Assembly (NCBI GenBank): GCA_030650495.1
Contig: JAUSEB010000181.1
Location: 1 to 16,575, forward strand
From: Armatimonadota bacterium
GTDB lineage: Bacteria > Armatimonadota > UBA5829 > JAUSEB01
Direction of reading: 5' to 3'
DNA: 16,575 bases
The notes under the pieces were generated by a model. It was not told where the DNA came from, made no database searches, and saw nothing but the letters and a program-made list of their open reading frames with translations. Both the position numbers and the translations under genes were made by a program. This document shows, one piece after another, positions 15,488 through 16,575 of this stretch (position 1 is the first letter of the stretch; each line of letters starts with the position of its first letter).

Positions 15488-16575
15488 ACGCCGGGAGAAT
15501 TATAGCACGTATCGATGACTCTATGAACTTCAAGTCCGTCGGAAAGAGATGGATCGCCAGGCTCGTTTTCGACCACGCGCCTGACGAACTCATAAATACT
15601 CGCGATATGAAACCGCATCCATCCAACACTGAGCTTAGGCCCCGGAATAGCCGCCGGTTTCGGATATCGCTGGACACATTCGATCTGAAGGAAACCCTTC
15701 TCGCCGCCTAAAGGCGCGTCCGGCTTGGTGTTATCGTAAAACCTCAGCCAGTTCGGGTCCATAAGATTGAAGAGAATTGCGCCTTTGGAACCGCGAATTT
15801 CCACCGTAAGCTCGTCGTTTGCTCCGGTCGCAAGCTTGGAGGCTTCAAGCGTTCCAACCGCCCCGTTTTCAAGCTCGGCCTGGATGAAGCAGACGTCGTC
15901 TGTCTCCACTGGAACCATTCCGCCTTTGCCGTCGGGACGCTCGGCTATGGGGTTGAATGGAAGAGCGCAAACCCTTTTGAAATCGCCCAATAAGAAACGG
16001 GTGAGGTCGATGATGTGCGATCCGAGATCGACAAGCACACCGCCGCCCCCAACACTCTTGTCCGATTTCCAGTGCAGAGGCCGGTTGGGATCGACATTGC
16101 TGCTGTGGAGATAGCGAAACGAGAATGTATATATCCGGCCAAGCCGTCCTTCGTCCATTAACTCTTTGGCGCGCATAATGGCTGGAACAAAGCGATAGTT
16201 GTGAGCCATCTGGCGCGTTTTACTATCCCCCGCCGCTTTCTCAGCCTCTACAATGTCCTTTGCATGCGACAAATTAAGGGCAAGCGGTTTGTCGACGTAA
16301 ACGTGCTTTCCTGCTCGGATAGCGTCAATAACTATATCTCGATGAACGTCATTCGTTGCGCAGCAGTTGATGACATCTATGTCTTCACGCGCAAGAAGCT
16401 CGCGATAGTCTCTTGTATCGAACTCATACCCGCCCTGCTCTACTCCAAGTTTGCCGGAGACTTCGCTTCTTGTGGCAACGCCCACCAATCTGATTGCGGC
16501 AGGCGGTGGCTCGTATAACATTGATAAAGATTTATACGAATAGGTGTGCATTTTGCCCATGAAACCATAGCCAAC
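15466..16575 (-). CDS. Gfo/Idh/MocA family NAD(P)-dependent oxidoreductase, 5'-partial. It runs off the window edge.
   Basis: The fold region is ...DVINCCATNDVHRDIVIDAIRAGKHVYVDKPLA. The five in-frame codons upstream of the track's ATG (16558-16560) read VGYGF, giving GYGFMG, a GxGxxG Rossmann motif. The real start is therefore beyond 16575. Confidence 0.8.
   Translation of the reverse strand, partial: VGYGFMGKMHTYSYKSLSMLYEPPPAAIRLVGVATRSEVSGKLGVEQGGYEFDTRDYRELLAREDIDVINCCATNDVHRDIVIDAIRAGKHVYVDKPLALNLSHAKDIVEAEKAAGDSKTRQMAHNYRFVPAIMRAKELMDEGRLGRIYTFSFRYLHSSNVDPNRPLHWKSDKSVGGGGVLVDLGSHIIDLTRFLLGDFKRVCALPFNPIAERPDGKGGMVPVETDDVCFIQAELENGAVGTLEASKLATGANDELTVEIRGSKGAILFNLMDPNWLRFYDNTKPDAPLGGEKGFLQIECVQRYPKPAAIPGPKLSVGWMRFHIASIYEFVRRVVENEPGDPSLSDGLEVHRVIDTCYNSPGVWTSIQA

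Noticed and set aside
1-16575. CRISPR array formed by the repeated GTTTCGG palindromes
   Set aside because: The copies are kilobases apart and unevenly spaced, two of them carry internal inserts, and no cas genes are present. This is not a CRISPR architecture.

Overview
The window looks like a chromosomal, core-genome region of a bacterium with roughly 50% GC. I found no transposase, integrase, CRISPR array, tRNA or rRNA.

The minus strand from 8554 down to 170 is one co-directional block:
- rpiB, glyA, a ComEB-type dCMP deaminase, a WecA/TagO-like GlcNAc-1-P transferase, wecB and an AI-2E family transporter. These are joined by 4-10 nt overlaps and look translationally coupled.
- A sigma70-like promoter with an NrdR operator comes next.
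- It drives nrdR followed by nrdJ, a monomeric class II B12-dependent ribonucleotide reductase with a C-terminal zinc ribbon.

The plus strand from 8934 to 14544 carries three separately signalled genes:
- a 696-aa flotillin-like protein with an N-terminal transmembrane anchor and SPFH/band-7 domain;
- a 178-aa signal-peptide protein with no domain I can recognise;
- an about 836-aa secreted protein with VIT and vWA domains and an intact MIDAS motif.

A class I (DhnA/ADH-synthase type) aldolase and a 5'-truncated Gfo/Idh/MocA oxidoreductase converge from the right edge.

Three sequence-level observations stand out.
- A family of palindromic intergenic elements (GTTTCGG-N-ATTT...AAAT-N-CCGAAAC) occurs four times as short 25-bp and long variants. 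The arm mismatches are compensatory, and one copy sits inside a larger imperfect inverted repeat, so it looks MITE/REP-like.
- The last ~29 codons plus stop codon of the flotillin-like gene are duplicated in frame but without a start about 195 bp downstream. The two copies are separated by a perfect 14-bp inverted repeat with a nested hairpin.
- A well-placed NrdR box overlaps the nrdR promoter.

All calls rest on reading the translated ORFs and the raw sequence by eye. No database searches were run.
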